Origin: Octopus vulgaris
Taxonomy: Eukaryota
Assembly (NCBI GenBank): GCA_951406725.2
Contig: OX597815.1
Location: forward strand, 109,864,001-109,928,000
Direction: 5' to 3'
DNA length: 64,000 nucleotides
This document shows, piece after piece, positions 26,087-40,510 of this stretch. The position numbers and the translations under genes are program-made. How positions within the stretch are numbered: the stretch's first letter is position 1; the number at the start of each line of letters is the position of its first letter. The notes beneath the pieces are model-generated. The model did not search any database, was not told the origin of the DNA, and was given only the letters and a program-made list of their open reading frames with translations.

Positions 26087-26435
26087 TAAGGAAGAAAGTG
26101 GGTGGCTCCAATAGAGAAAAAAACATGTATAAAGAAAATGTTGTCGAAGTGAAAAAAAGAAAGAAAGAAAGATACACAGAGAGAAGAGATAGAAAGAATC
26201 CGTGGGCAAACGAGTAGGAGAAAGGGGTTGATTTAGCAAAGTTAGACTATCGTGGTGACAGTATTGTTGTTGGTGGCGGTGTTTGCGTTAGGAACAGTGT
26301 AAAGAGAGCTTTATGAGTTGTTCATAGCAGTGGCGGCCACTTCAGATTTACACGCTTTCGCATCTCCACTCTCTCCCTGTTTTGGTGTGTTCGTACCTGT
26401 CTGCCTTCCTCTTTCTTTTTCGTTCATTCTCTCTC

Positions 26436-26486
<51 letters not shown>

Positions 26487-29237
26487 TCTCTCCCTCCCCC
26501 CCTCTCTCTCTCTCCCTCCCTCTCTCTCTTTCTCTGCGCGTAATCATTCTAATAAAGCGCCTGATAATTCTTCCAAGGAAAGAAAATACATAAAATCAAC
26601 ATCTCGAATTCTTTTAGCGAATATCGGGTCATATTGAACCGTGCAAAGTACGAAGAATCTTTTTCAGACCATACAACCTCCAGACCACTTTATTCTAATG
26701 AATTTCAGCTTTAAAATTCGAACAAGACCGGCTTTTATTCACCTGGCTTATAGAACTAAATATCCATGGTGCAATAGATTTTTTGTTGAAAAAAAATTTA
26801 ATTGACATTTATCAATTGGCAATAGCTTAATCATGATCCCCGTTATTAGGGTGTCAAATTGCGAATGCACTAGGTTTTCTTGATAATTATATAAAGAGCC
26901 TATCGATCACATTGTGAACATACGACGCTGGCACCTACTATCATAATGCTAGGAAGACAGATGTCATTATGTAAAGATCATTTGTATTTCATGCCATGTA
27001 GGACAGACTAACCCTTATAATAATGCCGAAGAGACCCCATTCACACCTAGCTACAGTTTTCTTATTTTGAGAATAACCATTTCTTATTGCAAGTACAATC
27101 TGCTCTATTGAATCCATTCTAGAGAGTTTGGTTAATCAGATTTTCTCTGATTTCATTAGCAGTAATATGCTAATTTCTTTAGATAGCTTAATTCTAATTC
27201 ATGAATTTGTGCGACAATGATATCAACATCAACAACGATGACAATTATTTTGATTTTAGTATTAATGTGTTTATATAAAATATTGATGTAAGAATCTTTA
27301 GACTGCAGGAATTATGTTGCAACCAAAGACTTTGAAATTGTTATGAAGTTCCCAAGTGTTCCCCACGTCACACTTGTTTCATTCTAATAACTCCGGTACT
27401 TTCCTTAAACATATTCCTTTTCGAAAAAGGACAAGTGTCTGAAAGCTAAATTATTTTTACTCCTCGCATCTAACTAATTCACTTTAATTCTCTTTATTCG
27501 TGATATCTTATACATTTAGTATGACAGAAGCTGTATCTTAGCATTATCCTCGTAGCTTCTCTTTCCAAACACATACACATTCTCACTCATGTACCATGGA
27601 ATCAATCTTAACATATTAACTCTGATTTTTCTGTTATTTTCGGAAAGCTTATTCTTTCTGATAAATAACAACATTTTGCAGTGATTCTACAATCCTTTAT
27701 TATTTCCTACTAAAACTAAGTAGTATACTTCAAGAATATGCTATCAGTTATCGTTTATTATCATTCGATAAGTTCTTCATTAATCAATATATTCTACTGC
27801 AGTTCGTAAAAAGTCTTTCTGTCGACGTGCATTCGGAAAACCAGCTTCTTGTTTCAACTGTTTCAACTGCATACATATGATATTTGAGGAATTTGTAACC
27901 TATAAAGGAAACAATCTCAATATATTTACATATTCAATAATCCTGAGCTATTAGTTCGATAAATACGATCTATTCGAACTGATGTTGCTGTTTCGTCTCC
28001 TGTTTGGCATAGGTGGGCGATTTAAATATTATTCGTATGAAAACTGAAAATAACTGAACATATTCAAGAGGCTTTTAAAATATGCCCATAGATAATCGTC
28101 TGCCATGCAAATATATATCTGATACAATTCCAATGTCTTCAGAAAATTCATGAGCTGAATTTCCTCTGGAAAAATTCTGTATCTGACAATAAAGTCTAAT
28201 CTTAAATGCCCTTAGAGTATCAATGGATGGAAATGTTTTTAAATACAGTGAAACGCTTATGGTGATTCGTTAGCAAAATCTTGCATATGCAACCATACAA
28301 ATGTTATATAGCACGAAATCTTTAGTTACTGCCTTCACTAATAAGTTCAATATCGGTCTTATAAATTTATGCATCTAATCCTCTGATCTACAAAGAAAAT
28401 AAAACAGCTATAATATGTACTTATTCAAAAGCTGACTAGGTTGAAGCTACGGAAAAAATCAACCTTAGATTTATGCGTTATCCTCGAACGGAACTTCTAA
28501 ATGACTTCGAACAGAAGCTGCCATCGACCACTAGTTTTGCCATCAACAATCAATATTCTGACTAACATTTAATTTAATGCTTTCTCTCTCTTTCCTTTTT
28601 TTTTTAGTCCAGAAAATGACAGCTGTTATTCAGAGAATGTCGGATAGTTATAAACGTATAGAGAGCATTATTCAGTTTCGTTTTGCATAAGTTACTGAGA
28701 AATTTTTTCACGCTCTCACCAGCTCATTTTTCCCCTCCACGAGAAAGCAGATTTTAACTGATTATTTTCACCATTAATTCTATCATTATTACACAAGTTT
28801 CTAGTTAGAGTAATGCAATAATATTCACTCACTTCCTTGTCATCTGTCTTTATCAAACATCGACCATATAACTACGATGCTTGAAAATATTGAACTGTTT
28901 TGGAACGATTCATTTATGCTTACCAGTGTCTGAGATTCAACTTTAAATATATTTCACTGAATACTATCAATGTCCATCATATTACAGCCCAAACGGGAAT
29001 TTTTCACAAGCATTATATCCATTAATATAAGTGTTGTTGCTATTAATCTTGCAGCTTCAACAACAGCGAACAATTTTCCTGTCACCATTATTGATGATAC
29101 TACTTCTGCAGCGAATGCTTCAGTATATATTTCAGCTGCCTTTTAATATCACTGCCATTTTGGAGTTTTTCTAACTCCAAAATTTCCCAGTGCTAGAGCC
29201 TGCTTTCCAACCTTATACTATTTAACTTAGTTGTTGC

Positions 29238-29806
<569 letters not shown>

Positions 29807-29999
29807 TAAGCTCAAATATTCACACACGCATATACATCTATGCTCACATTTACACGCGCACAAACTCAAAAATACACATTCACGTACTCACGCTCGTCTC
29901 TTTCACTCTCTCCATCTTAGCGACATCGACCACTAGTCTTTCGTCGCAGTATTTTGTCCAATTCTCTTCGAATTTATTCATAATTTCCTTTGTTTCATC

Positions 30000-30259
30000 A
30001 CCCACCGCCAGCAGCATCAACAGCATTCTCATAAACATCATCATCGTCGTAGTCGTCATCGTCACCACCACCTTCACCGCCATCGTCATCATTATCACCA
30101 CCACCACCTCCATCTTCCTCCTTCTCATCAATATCATCATCATCATTGTCATCATCGTCGTCGTCGTTAGCTTCATCGTATTCATCATCACCACCACCGC
30201 CATCATCATCATCATCAACGTCATCATCATCATCCTCATCGTCGTCGTCGTCGTCGTCG

Positions 30260-30291
<32 letters not shown>

Positions 30292-30450
30292 TCCATCGTC
30301 ATCACCACCACCACCGCCATCACCACCACCACCGCCATCATCACTCCCTATACAGCTACCACCACCAAATATCACCCCTGCTATTCTACCAATATTAAAA
30401 TCATTATCACTGTCGTGATTATTGTTGTCTTTGTTACCGCTGCCACCATT
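30000..30450. repeat. (ATC/GTC/ACC)n trinucleotide mosaic
   Basis: Read directly; open in several frames on both strands. Confidence 0.9.
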
Positions 30451-30476
30451 TTTCTGCCATCTACTATCAGCATTTT

Positions 30477-30509
<33 letters not shown>

Positions 30510-32938
30510 CACGCACACATGCACACACACACATCCAACTTTACTCTACTTCATCCACAACCCCACATTGCATCCACATACCCAAACACCCGTACAATCT
30601 TTCTCTCACACACACACACAAACACAGATGTACATATACGCGCTCTAACACAACACATTCACACAAATTCACACATACTCATCATATACACACACAAACA
30701 CACATCGCATCATAAAGCGCAAACCGCCTATCCTCTCCTCGCCTCACCACGCCTCACCACGCCTCATCTCCCACCCACACACTTTTTTTTCGTTCCACGG
30801 GTCAGCGCTTCGGATACTACTACATCAGATTGACGATGAAGGCTCTAGTGATGTTAATATGATTAAAGCGGAGAAGGTAATTATAGACAAGCGCGAACTC
30901 GTTACGGCCGCGTTCTTCACTCTAATGATTGATAGTTAGACCGGCATCAACGATCGGCCTATATCCGTACCCCCGCCTCAACCTTCCCAGCCACCCATTT
31001 CCCCTCCCTCCTTCTTTCCAGATTACCCACATTCAAAGATACAATCACGCACACACACTCACACTCACACATTCACACACATGTACACACGATTAAAGAC
31101 ACGCTTGCACGCATATTATTGTATGTGTTGTGAATGTGTGTGTGTGAATGTGTGTATGTGTGTGTCTGTATGTGTGTGTGTGTAACTATATGTATATACG
31201 TATACATGCTCAAATACAAGCATGTGTACATAGATATACGCAGATATATACGCAGATATATATCTATATGTAAGGACATATATATTATACCCACACACGC
31301 TCACACACACACACATACACGCGCACGTACAAGCATATATTCATATATACTCGAGTGTAAGCCTATGCACACACACACATTTATATATACACACACATAA
31401 ATTCACACATAGTCACACACACACAAACATACAGGTAGCCATATACTGTTGTAAGCCCTTATTTTGTACACCCACTGCCCTCACCAGCATCCCATTACCA
31501 GTCACATCACCATTAGCATTATGGGCATCTATTGTTCAAGCAAGATCATTCATTCGTGTAAACTAGCACATGCGCACAGTAGCTGTTTGCAATATACAAA
31601 CTATCAACAATATTCTTTATATATGCGTAAAAATGCTAATCTGGGGCGTATGTTCATGCCTGAATTTTTCTCTATGTACAGACGCGTAAACGTATAGCTA
31701 CATACACACATACACGCAGCTAAAGAAACACCTACGTATTTGTGTGTTCTCTTTAATGCCAACATATACATTATTATCTTCACAATACGAAAAATCAATC
31801 CCGAAGCGAATGATGTCCATATGAACTTTAGATATCACCCAGTAATAGGATCACGATGCAAGCACATTTTTACTGATGTTTTGTTTCAATATATTAACAG
31901 TGCCTAAAAATAATAATCTTACATTGATTGGTTGTTACTATCACACTGAAACCAACAAGGTAAACCACTGCATGATCATCCGACCTGCGAGCATTATCAG
32001 GTATGTCACATTATGTCGTTTAAAAGAATAAATGGCACTTTAGAGAATGTAGTCTTAGATACACTATGTCTAAAAAAAAATAAGAAGAATGGAGAGTAAC
32101 CCTTTAAACAAAGCAAAGAAGTTCGTTGTTGCGTTTGATGAGATTTATGCACTCATGGTCTTTGCAGACTTTCAAAACTAGGGGGACCGGTGTTATTAAC
32201 ATTCTACATGAACCGGTGAAAGTAGACGGTTGAAGTTAAAGCATGTGCAGAACGATTGGGTGTAGTGATTAGATAAAGTCCTTACACAATGAAGACAATA
32301 TGGGTGAGAGCCAGAATGGAATGGGGCGTAGCGAGTAAGATCCGGGATATAGAGGCTGTTATAAAAGCGGAGGGAAAAACTGAATAGAAAAGACAGCATG
32401 ACTGTGGATCAGATGCTGGAGTTTGTTGGTGAGCGACTACATGCTCGTCAGTCGAGTGATCTTTCTCTGAATGCAGTCGCGGATATAGGTGTGTTCCATC
32501 AACAACATTCAAGATGTTGGACCAGTGTGTCTTTGTGAGATTCACATATGTTTTGCGGGTAAGTCATTGTCAGTGGCGAATGGTGTATTTTAAGGATCTT
32601 AAATAAAAGCCTATTTCTTTGCCATTTTGAGGATAAGCATTCGAAAGAAGATGCTTAGAGATCATGAATTTTAGCATTTATTTATTTGTTTAGTGTTGTT
32701 CATGGCTGGTGTGGTTGCGATGATATGTACATGATATGTTCAATGACTGTCTTTTACTTGTTGAAAGAAACAAAATTTATCGCGATCTGATCGGAAGATG
32801 TTTTGAGGTCTCTGGTCAGCAGCCACGCACGAAATGTTTTGGTTGCGGAAGGCTAAAGAAATATTTATTGATAGTATCACCCGCGTAATAGTGAGAATTG
32901 TTGAGATGTAGGAGGAAGAGTACGGGCAATAAGACTGA

Positions 32939-33003
32939 ATCACTAATCCATACACTATATAAATTCAGCAGAGCTGAGCTTCTATAATGTATGGATTAGT
33001 GAT
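32939..33003. repeat. 65-bp palindrome inserted in the L1/Tx1 relic
   Basis: ATCACTAATCCATACA (32939-54) / TGTATGGATTAGTGAT (32988-33003) is a perfect 16-bp inverted repeat; inner pairing continues to TTCAGC-AGA-GCTGAG. Confidence 0.85.
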
Positions 33004-34965
33004 AACTCCATCAGTACAAACTACAATAATGCAATTCGATAAGAAGCCACGTTTGAGCTATGCGCCATACAAAACAGATCTATCCACGAGAGTCTGCACC
33101 TCGCAATACATCATAAAAGGGATGGGTAAGGAACGTGGTATGGGTGGGGGCCTTAATCAATTCAGATCAGTTGAAATCTTTCTATAAAGCCGATCATCAA
33201 TACCTAGCAACTGTTCTCAGGACGGCTAGTTTCGGGTGTGTGTTCAGAAACTTGATCACTGGAATGTACAATAATATTTTCACGGTGGTTTGTGTAAATT
33301 GTTACCAGTCAAAACTGATCAGTATCTAACTTTACTCTGCTGAATGTACCTTTTCTCGCCTATTCTGTGCCTGTTTCCTCTAGAGTGACTATCGCAGAAT
33401 CTGGAGATTTCGAGGAGCATCCCGCGAGAACTTATTTTCATATGCGGACAGCGTCACCGTTATGGTGTCGGACACCAAACTCATCGAGTTGGTCAGCATT
33501 ACTCTGAGAGAATATGAGGCAATGATAAAGAGAAAAATTAACCAGCAGTAGTCATTAAGCAAGCAGTTCGGCACCTCGAAGGCATGCCCATGCTATCAAA
33601 CTGCATTGTGTGTTGCTGGATGGACGGAGCAATGAAATTGTTCGGGGTATTGTTTCGTACAAATATCCAGGTGGACAAAAACTGGGAAGTGGTGGCGATC
33701 TATGTGGCTATCTGACCCAGAAATGGGCCGTGACGAAATTAACGTTGAAGTGACAGGTGGATGTAGTGAATGCCTATATCACATCTGTCATCTACTATCG
33801 TTTGACTGTCATGCTTTATCCCATTTCATAGGTGACCAAATTGGTGCACTTGTTCTTACACTTTCTAGGAAAGGAAAGTGTTCCACTGGTCTGACAGTCC
33901 ATTTGCTGTCAATATCTGTTGCATGGAAGTGGAAGACAGAGCATACAATATTGCATGGAGGGGAGGCATGCAATGAAGCTGCGACATTTCCAGCTTTTCC
34001 TTGTCGGTGAACATCAATTTACTGTCAAGTGTGCCCCACTCGCCCATTCTATGCTTCTTATATCTAGAGTGACTATTGCGGAGTTTAGAGATTTCGAGAG
34101 GCATCCCACAAGAACTAGGATGCGGAACATCTTTATTTTCAATGCTCACGGCGTCACCAGAGCTCGTCTATTTGACAGAGTGAATGTCTTGGGTGAAGTG
34201 GTGACCGAGGCAGGGTGCCTGGTACCTAGAGTGCTCTCGGGTACTCATAGCCTTCTGCTAGTCGAGCAATACCGTGAGATGTTCCACCATGGCGTACTAC
34301 GATGTCCTCAAGGAAACTTGGGCATCGTTGAAAATGAGCTGGCAGGTCTGTTTTGGAAGTCTTTCGGGCCGGGTGATAATTTCCTGAAATCCCTAGAATC
34401 ACAGTGCTCTCGAAGGATGTTCAAGATTAACTCTACAGACATGGTAGTGCTGTTATCCGCTCCTGCCCGAGATGCCTGCAGAGTGGCACAACCCTCCTGC
34501 ACGAGCTCATGCAGTGCTTAAATATTTCTCACTTTCAGAGTTACGTCGAACAGCTGCTACCACGAGTAAGAAGAATCGGTATTTAGGCAGACTCCGTCAT
34601 GAAGATCACCCCGCTGCTTTCTTCTGGCTGAGAAGAACAGGTAATTTTCCAGTGTCTGGAGACTATGGTGAAAGAGGTTTTGTAGTGAGCGCGAGAGAAA
34701 GAATTGAAAACCAACACTTTTCTGCCAGCACTCATCGACGTTTTCAAGTTACACAGAGAAATGAAAATGAAGGTAGAGTGGGCGGTGTTCCCACTTGTAA
34801 ATTTGTAAAATGGTGAGTGAATGCAGCGCGAATGACCCGAGTAAATGCTTCTAATCTTAGTATATTCCTGTAGACTGGAAAGTACGGAAGAGAGAGGGAA
34901 TGACTTACCGAGGTACTTCTCATGAGCAAGCGACTCGGGATCTGTGGAGTCCCTTCATCACCCCT

Positions 34966-35029
34966 GGCTGGTCTTTCGCTCGGTTGGTCTTTCCCTTGGT
35001 TGGTCTTTCCCTTGGCTGGTCTTTCCCCT
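34966..35029. repeat. 16-bp minisatellite x4 (GGYTGGTCTTTCCCTT)
   Basis: Read directly, within the putative L1/Tx1 3' UTR. Confidence 0.85.
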
Positions 35030-35154
35030 CCTCAAGAATTTTGTTGTCAATTGATATTGTTTTTATTGTTTAAGCGTGTTTATGTAAATCCAGACTGTCA
35101 ATTGTCTTCGTATTGTCTGGAGTGTTTTATGTGGCACTTGTAGCAAATAAGATC

Positions 35155-35204
<50 letters not shown>

Positions 35205-35206
<2 letters not shown>

Positions 35207-36010
35207 CTGGTATATCTTTAGCAGATTCGGGAACAATGCCTAGCTGTATTACTTCAGGTTCTCTATCTTCTGAATATAATCCTGCTAACGTTGGCATTTA
35301 ATTTCATCCGTTCCTGTCGATAAAATAAGTAGCTGTCAAATACTGGGTTAAATATACCGATTGCGCTTACTTTCCCCAATATGTGAGACGCTTTAGCATT
35401 GAAAATAATCATTATTTCAGATTTATTACAGTTTGGTCAAGTCGCAAAATTTTTAGAACATCAGAAACAGTGCCTAGCTGTATTTCTTCCATCTGCCTAT
35501 GTTCTGAGTTCAAATCCGGGCGAGGTAGCTTTGATTTTCATCCTTTCAACGTTGAGAAAATAAAGAATGAGTCACATACCGGGGTTGATGGAAATTGCTA
35601 GCTTCTGCCATGCATTTTAATAGGTTATTATTAATTTGTTAAGAGTGATTTGTTTGTTGGTATAATCGTTAGAATATCGGATGAAATACCTTAGTATATT
35701 TAGTTACTGCATTTTACCTTCTGTGTTCAGATCCTGCCGACATTGCTTTTCATCCTTCCTTGATCAATGAAACAAAGTACCAGTGAAATACTGGATTCTA
35801 TGTAATCGGCCTTTATTTTCAACAAAATTCCCGAGATTATCCCTCTTAAATAAATAGCTATTGCTCATTTCTAACATGTCCCACAGTTATACTTTATTTT
35901 ACCGATTCTGAAATGATGTAATGCAAAATCGAACTCGGCGAGGATTTAATCTAGTATGTGAGCGGCCCTATTAAATAGCGCTTGAAAATTTGTTTGGAAC
36001 CCTATCATGA
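35205..36010. mobile_element. Cluster of about four old SINE-A relics (three +, one -)
   Basis: Repeated TTTCATCC...ATAAAATAAGTA and GTTCTGAGTTCAAATCC motifs. Confidence 0.55.
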
Positions 36011-37244
36011 TATCGAAAGCAATATCTTTAAACTCACTAGTGCTATGTTTATTGCAATAAATTTTGCGCTTTATTTCTCAGCTGAAAGGACCTTTTTCTT
36101 AAGATTTGGAATAATAATATATAACGAATGTGATGTTCAAAACGTCTTTACCCAAGCATGGCAATTGTAGAAAAATAGTAGAAAATAACTGATAACAAGT
36201 ATAAACTCATGACACTTCTCGGTCTTATGGGAATAAATTCCAACCAAATAGTTTTATTAAATATCGCAATGACATTTGTGATACACCGCAATTTCCTGTT
36301 TCCCTTTTTGCATCTTGTCTTTGTCCTTTTATCTTTTACAGTTTTTCGTAGCTTTAGGGATCAATTGCTTAATTAGGGAAGTCATCATTAAAACAAAATG
36401 TTTATTTGTTTATTTTTGTAAAAATTTGAAGAATTTATCTCCCCATTTTCCTGATATTTTTTTCTAAAGACTAATATTGATATTTCTTTGCTAGATTCCC
36501 TTCGGCAGGTAACTTCGTTTTATGACAAATTCTTGTTGAACTGACTCAACTACTCGAATTAAACTCCCGGCTAAAATGATATTCTTTGTGTTGTAAATGT
36601 TGACAAATGTCAAACCTTCAGTTCTTTCCTCCCATGAAAGTCTCAGATTTAATGTTTGCCTAAAAAAAAAAAAAGAAGAAGAAGAAGGTATATAAAAAGG
36701 TATTCTTTGACCCGGAATGAAATCAATGGAAATCAATCGGAACCTTATTAATTGAGCACCGATCTCTAGGGGGAAATTGCTAGAATGTTACTGTTGTTTT
36801 AGAAATATATTATTTCACAGGTACTTTATCTTTGATACAACAAACATTAAAGGCAAGAACTAACCCATCCCTCATTCTGAATCTTCAATGCAACTTCGGT
36901 TGATGAATGATACAGCTGCACTCCACTTATGCTACTCACGAATACCAAAATACGTACACAAACACCAACGCGCAATCAATCACACAAACACATCACACAC
37001 TGATGCACACACACACACACACACACACTCGTAAATATATACACGTTGGTATATTAGGGCATATAGGTCGAGGACTTATATGTCCTTAATATTGGACTAT
37101 TTACTTCAGTCAATACACGGTGATTATAATAATAATTATTATTATTATTATTATTAATATCTATATTTATATCTATTTGCTTGTTTTATTTTGTTTTGTT
37201 TGCTCTTGTCCTTAATTCTCCGCAAGAAAACCTTTTCTTTTTTA

Positions 37245-37464
37245 TGTGGGCGCCGCCAATTGGGAAGCACTCAGTCTAAACGTTAAAGATGCGAAACTGA
37301 ATATTATGAATTGTTCGATAACTGATGAAGAATTACGAACCTTCTGTTTGTCTCTCGTTCGTTTTACATTCGAAAGTTATACGTTACGTCGTTTGTTTAT
37401 GCAATTTTTTCATTTATCAAGTAATGGAACGCAACACTAACTGAATTTGTATTAACAAGTAAGC
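37245..37464 (+). promoter_or_regulatory. Candidate promoter plus non-coding first exon
   Basis: GGGCGCCG, CCAAT (37256-60), Inr-like TCAGTC (37271-76), CpG-retaining ~185 nt, donor CAA|GTAAGC (37459). Motif arrangement only. Confidence 0.25.
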
Positions 37465-37534
37465 TTTTTATATAATCGTGCGACTCTCTCTCTCTCTCTC
37501 TCTCCCTCTCTCTCTCCCTCTCTCTCTCTCTCTC

Positions 37535-37565
<31 letters not shown>

Positions 37566-37635
37566 TGCCTTCATTCTTTCTCCTTTTCTTTCTTTCGCCC
37601 TCTCACTTCTATTCTAGCCTTTCTACTTACTCCTT

Positions 37636-37686
<51 letters not shown>

Positions 37687-37963
37687 TTGAATTCCTAGCC
37701 ATTCTCATTTCCCTTCATCCTTTTCCTTGTTTTCTCTGTCGCTCCCTCTTCCTGCTGTCTGTCTTCTCTGTCTGTTGCTGTCACGTGACCAGCGGCCAGT
37801 ACCCCTTTTTCTTCCTTTCAAGACATTTTCTAAGCGTTACTCACTATTCTCTTCTCCTTGACCGTATTTTGTTCGACCGTTCGTTTTCGAATTAACAAGA
37901 CGAATTTGCTATTCATTTGGCTTTACTCAGTAAAATTATTTACTAGTAAATCATTTTCAGGTA

Positions 37964-38022
<59 letters not shown>

Positions 38023-38198
38023 GTGTGTGTCTGTGCGTGTGTTTGCTTTATTTTGTGATGAAGACTAGAAAAGTCAGATTGATCCCAGTTTTACTACCCA
38101 CAGCTAAATTAAATATTTATGTTCATCAGAAAGGTACACCTTACTGCCCATTACAAATTTTCGAAAACATGCTGCATAATATGATGATGATGATGATG

Positions 38199-38250
<52 letters not shown>

Positions 38251-38798
38251 ACACTTACATTTGTATACACATTAGCGACTCGCTAAATCATCCATAGGTT
38301 TCTAAGGCGTAGACATATATACTGAGAGTGACCATCGTCCGACAACAAGCGAGTTGGGCCGATTCCACTGAAGAGACGACGGTGAAAACTGAAACTAACT
38401 GATCAGTCTGGGAATATGTAGACCGCTGCTTTTCGGGCTATTACTGCCCCATGTCTGAATGTATGTATACAATTATGTGCCTTGAATGTAGCATTAAGGT
38501 CTTTAGCTTTTATTTCTAGCAATGTAGGTCTTTCTAACACCCTCAGTCATATTTAATGGCGGTTATATGTCTCATTTTTGGTAGACATTTGCTTATCGCT
38601 GTCTAATCTAAGACTCATATTATCGTTCAATGCTCGAAATGAGGAGTAAATAGACAACCGACAACCGATGATGGAGCGTTCTTTATGTTACTTGTCCTGT
38701 TTTTTTCCATTTGTTTCTCTCCTCGTTTGCGTATTGAACTCATTGTTTTCGTATTTTATGTTGTTTACTGTTGGTGATGCCCTGTACCCAAAAATTGC

Positions 38799-38801
38799 AT
38801 A

Positions 38802-38874
<73 letters not shown>

Positions 38875-39062
38875 ATATATATATACATATATATATATAT
38901 ACATATATATATATGTGTATATATATATATATATATACATATATATATGTATATATATACATACATATACATATATAAACATTTATATATGTACATGTGC
39001 ATGCATATATATGCATACCTATACATATATATATACATACATGTATACAGATAGATATACAT

Positions 39063-39109
<47 letters not shown>

Positions 39110-39139
39110 CATGTATATATATATACATATGTATATACA

Positions 39140-39195
<56 letters not shown>

Positions 39196-39196
39196 T

Positions 39197-39247
<51 letters not shown>
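38799..39247. repeat. (TA)n-rich compound microsatellite
   Basis: Read directly. Confidence 0.95.
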
Positions 39248-39248
<1 letters not shown>

Positions 39249-40510
39249 GAGGGGCGTTCAATAAGTAATGCCCCTGACCCACTTCCCATATCAGTAGACC
39301 AACGACACTTGGCACAGTTATTAGTCTTTTCCTACATAGGAACTACCCAGAGTTATGCATTTCTCCCATCGTTTGATACAGCTCTGGAGACCGTTTTTGT
39401 AGAAGACCCCAGCTTGGTCCTCCAACCACGACATAACTTCAGAAATCAAGGCTGCATCATCTGGGAAACGCTTTCCTTTCAAAATCAACTTCATGGCTGG
39501 GAAGAGGTGAAAATCAGAGGGTGCAAGGGGAGGAGTTCATAGCTGCACGCCTGTGCTTCTGATCTGGCGACACGCGAGTTGTGGACCGGAGCGTTGTCCT
39601 GCAGGAGGAGGATGCCTTTGCTGATCTTGCCCCGCCTCTTGATTTTGATAGCTTCTCTTAATTTCCTCAAAAGTGAAGCATAATAGGCTCCTGTAATTGT
39701 GGTACCCTTTGCAATGAAATCTGTCATCACTACTCCGTCCTGGTCCCAGAAGACTGTGAGCATAACCTTGTCAGCGGAGGGCTGCACCCTTGCCTTCTTT
39801 GGAGGAGGTGAGTCACGGTGCTTTCACTGCATTGACTGGGCTTTGGTCTATGGATCATAGTGATGGACCCAGGTTTTATCCTGTGTGATCAGTCTTTTGA
39901 AAAATTTTGACTCATCTTCTTGGCACATCTCCAAATTCATCCTCGAGCACTCAACGCGTTCTTGCTTCTGGAAAGGTGTGAGCAGCCTGGAAATCCATCT
40001 GGCAGACACCTTTCGCATATGCAAATGGTCATGAATGATAGTTTCCACAGACCCGGTACTAATCTTGACCTTATGGGCTATTTGGCGAATAGTTATGCGT
40101 TGACCTTCCAAAATGGCAGCCTCAACTTGACGGACAGACGTCTCATCAACGGCAGAAGGGGGCGACCAGATCTGGGAGCTGTTTCCACAGAGTTCCGACT
40201 ATGTTTGAATTCACAATGCCAGCGTTTTACAAGGTCATATGATGGGGCATCATCACCATAAGTTACTTTCATTTCATCAAAAGTCTCCCGTGGTGTGCGT
40301 CCTTTCAAATACAAAAACCAGATCACTGCTCGACACTCAACAGGCTCCATTTCACACTTGACTCAGTTCAAACACCTGTAAATCAGAAACCACAATTAGT
40401 TCAGAGCTGTAATTCGCCACTTAATCTATAGAGGTATAAATAAGTGCACATGCAAAATTGATCAAACGACTGCAAGTGGGTCAGGGGCATTACTTATTGA
40501 ACGCCCCTCG
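39248..40510 (-). mobile_element. Full-length mariner transposon (irritans-like), inactive
   Basis: Perfect 37-bp TIRs CGAGGGGCGTTCAATAAGTAATGCCCCTGACCCACTT (39248-84 and 40474-510), TA on both sides, 1263 bp. Transposase [64 protein letters not shown], with frameshifts and a stop; HPPYSPD segment deleted. Confidence 0.95.

Larger units (their letters stand above)
32180..35155 (+). mobile_element. Heavily decayed L1/Tx1-clade LINE (RT, C-terminal CCHC, 3' UTR)
   Basis: Fragmentary frames: RSIHESLHL (~33074), GALINSDQLKSFYKADHQYL (cf. LDQSKAFDRVDH), SYADSVTV (~33438, cf. YADD), WMDGAMKLFGV..KNWEVV, CPRCLQSGTTLLHELMQC (~34464). Ends at a (TTA)n tract; 5' boundary approximate. Confidence 0.75.
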
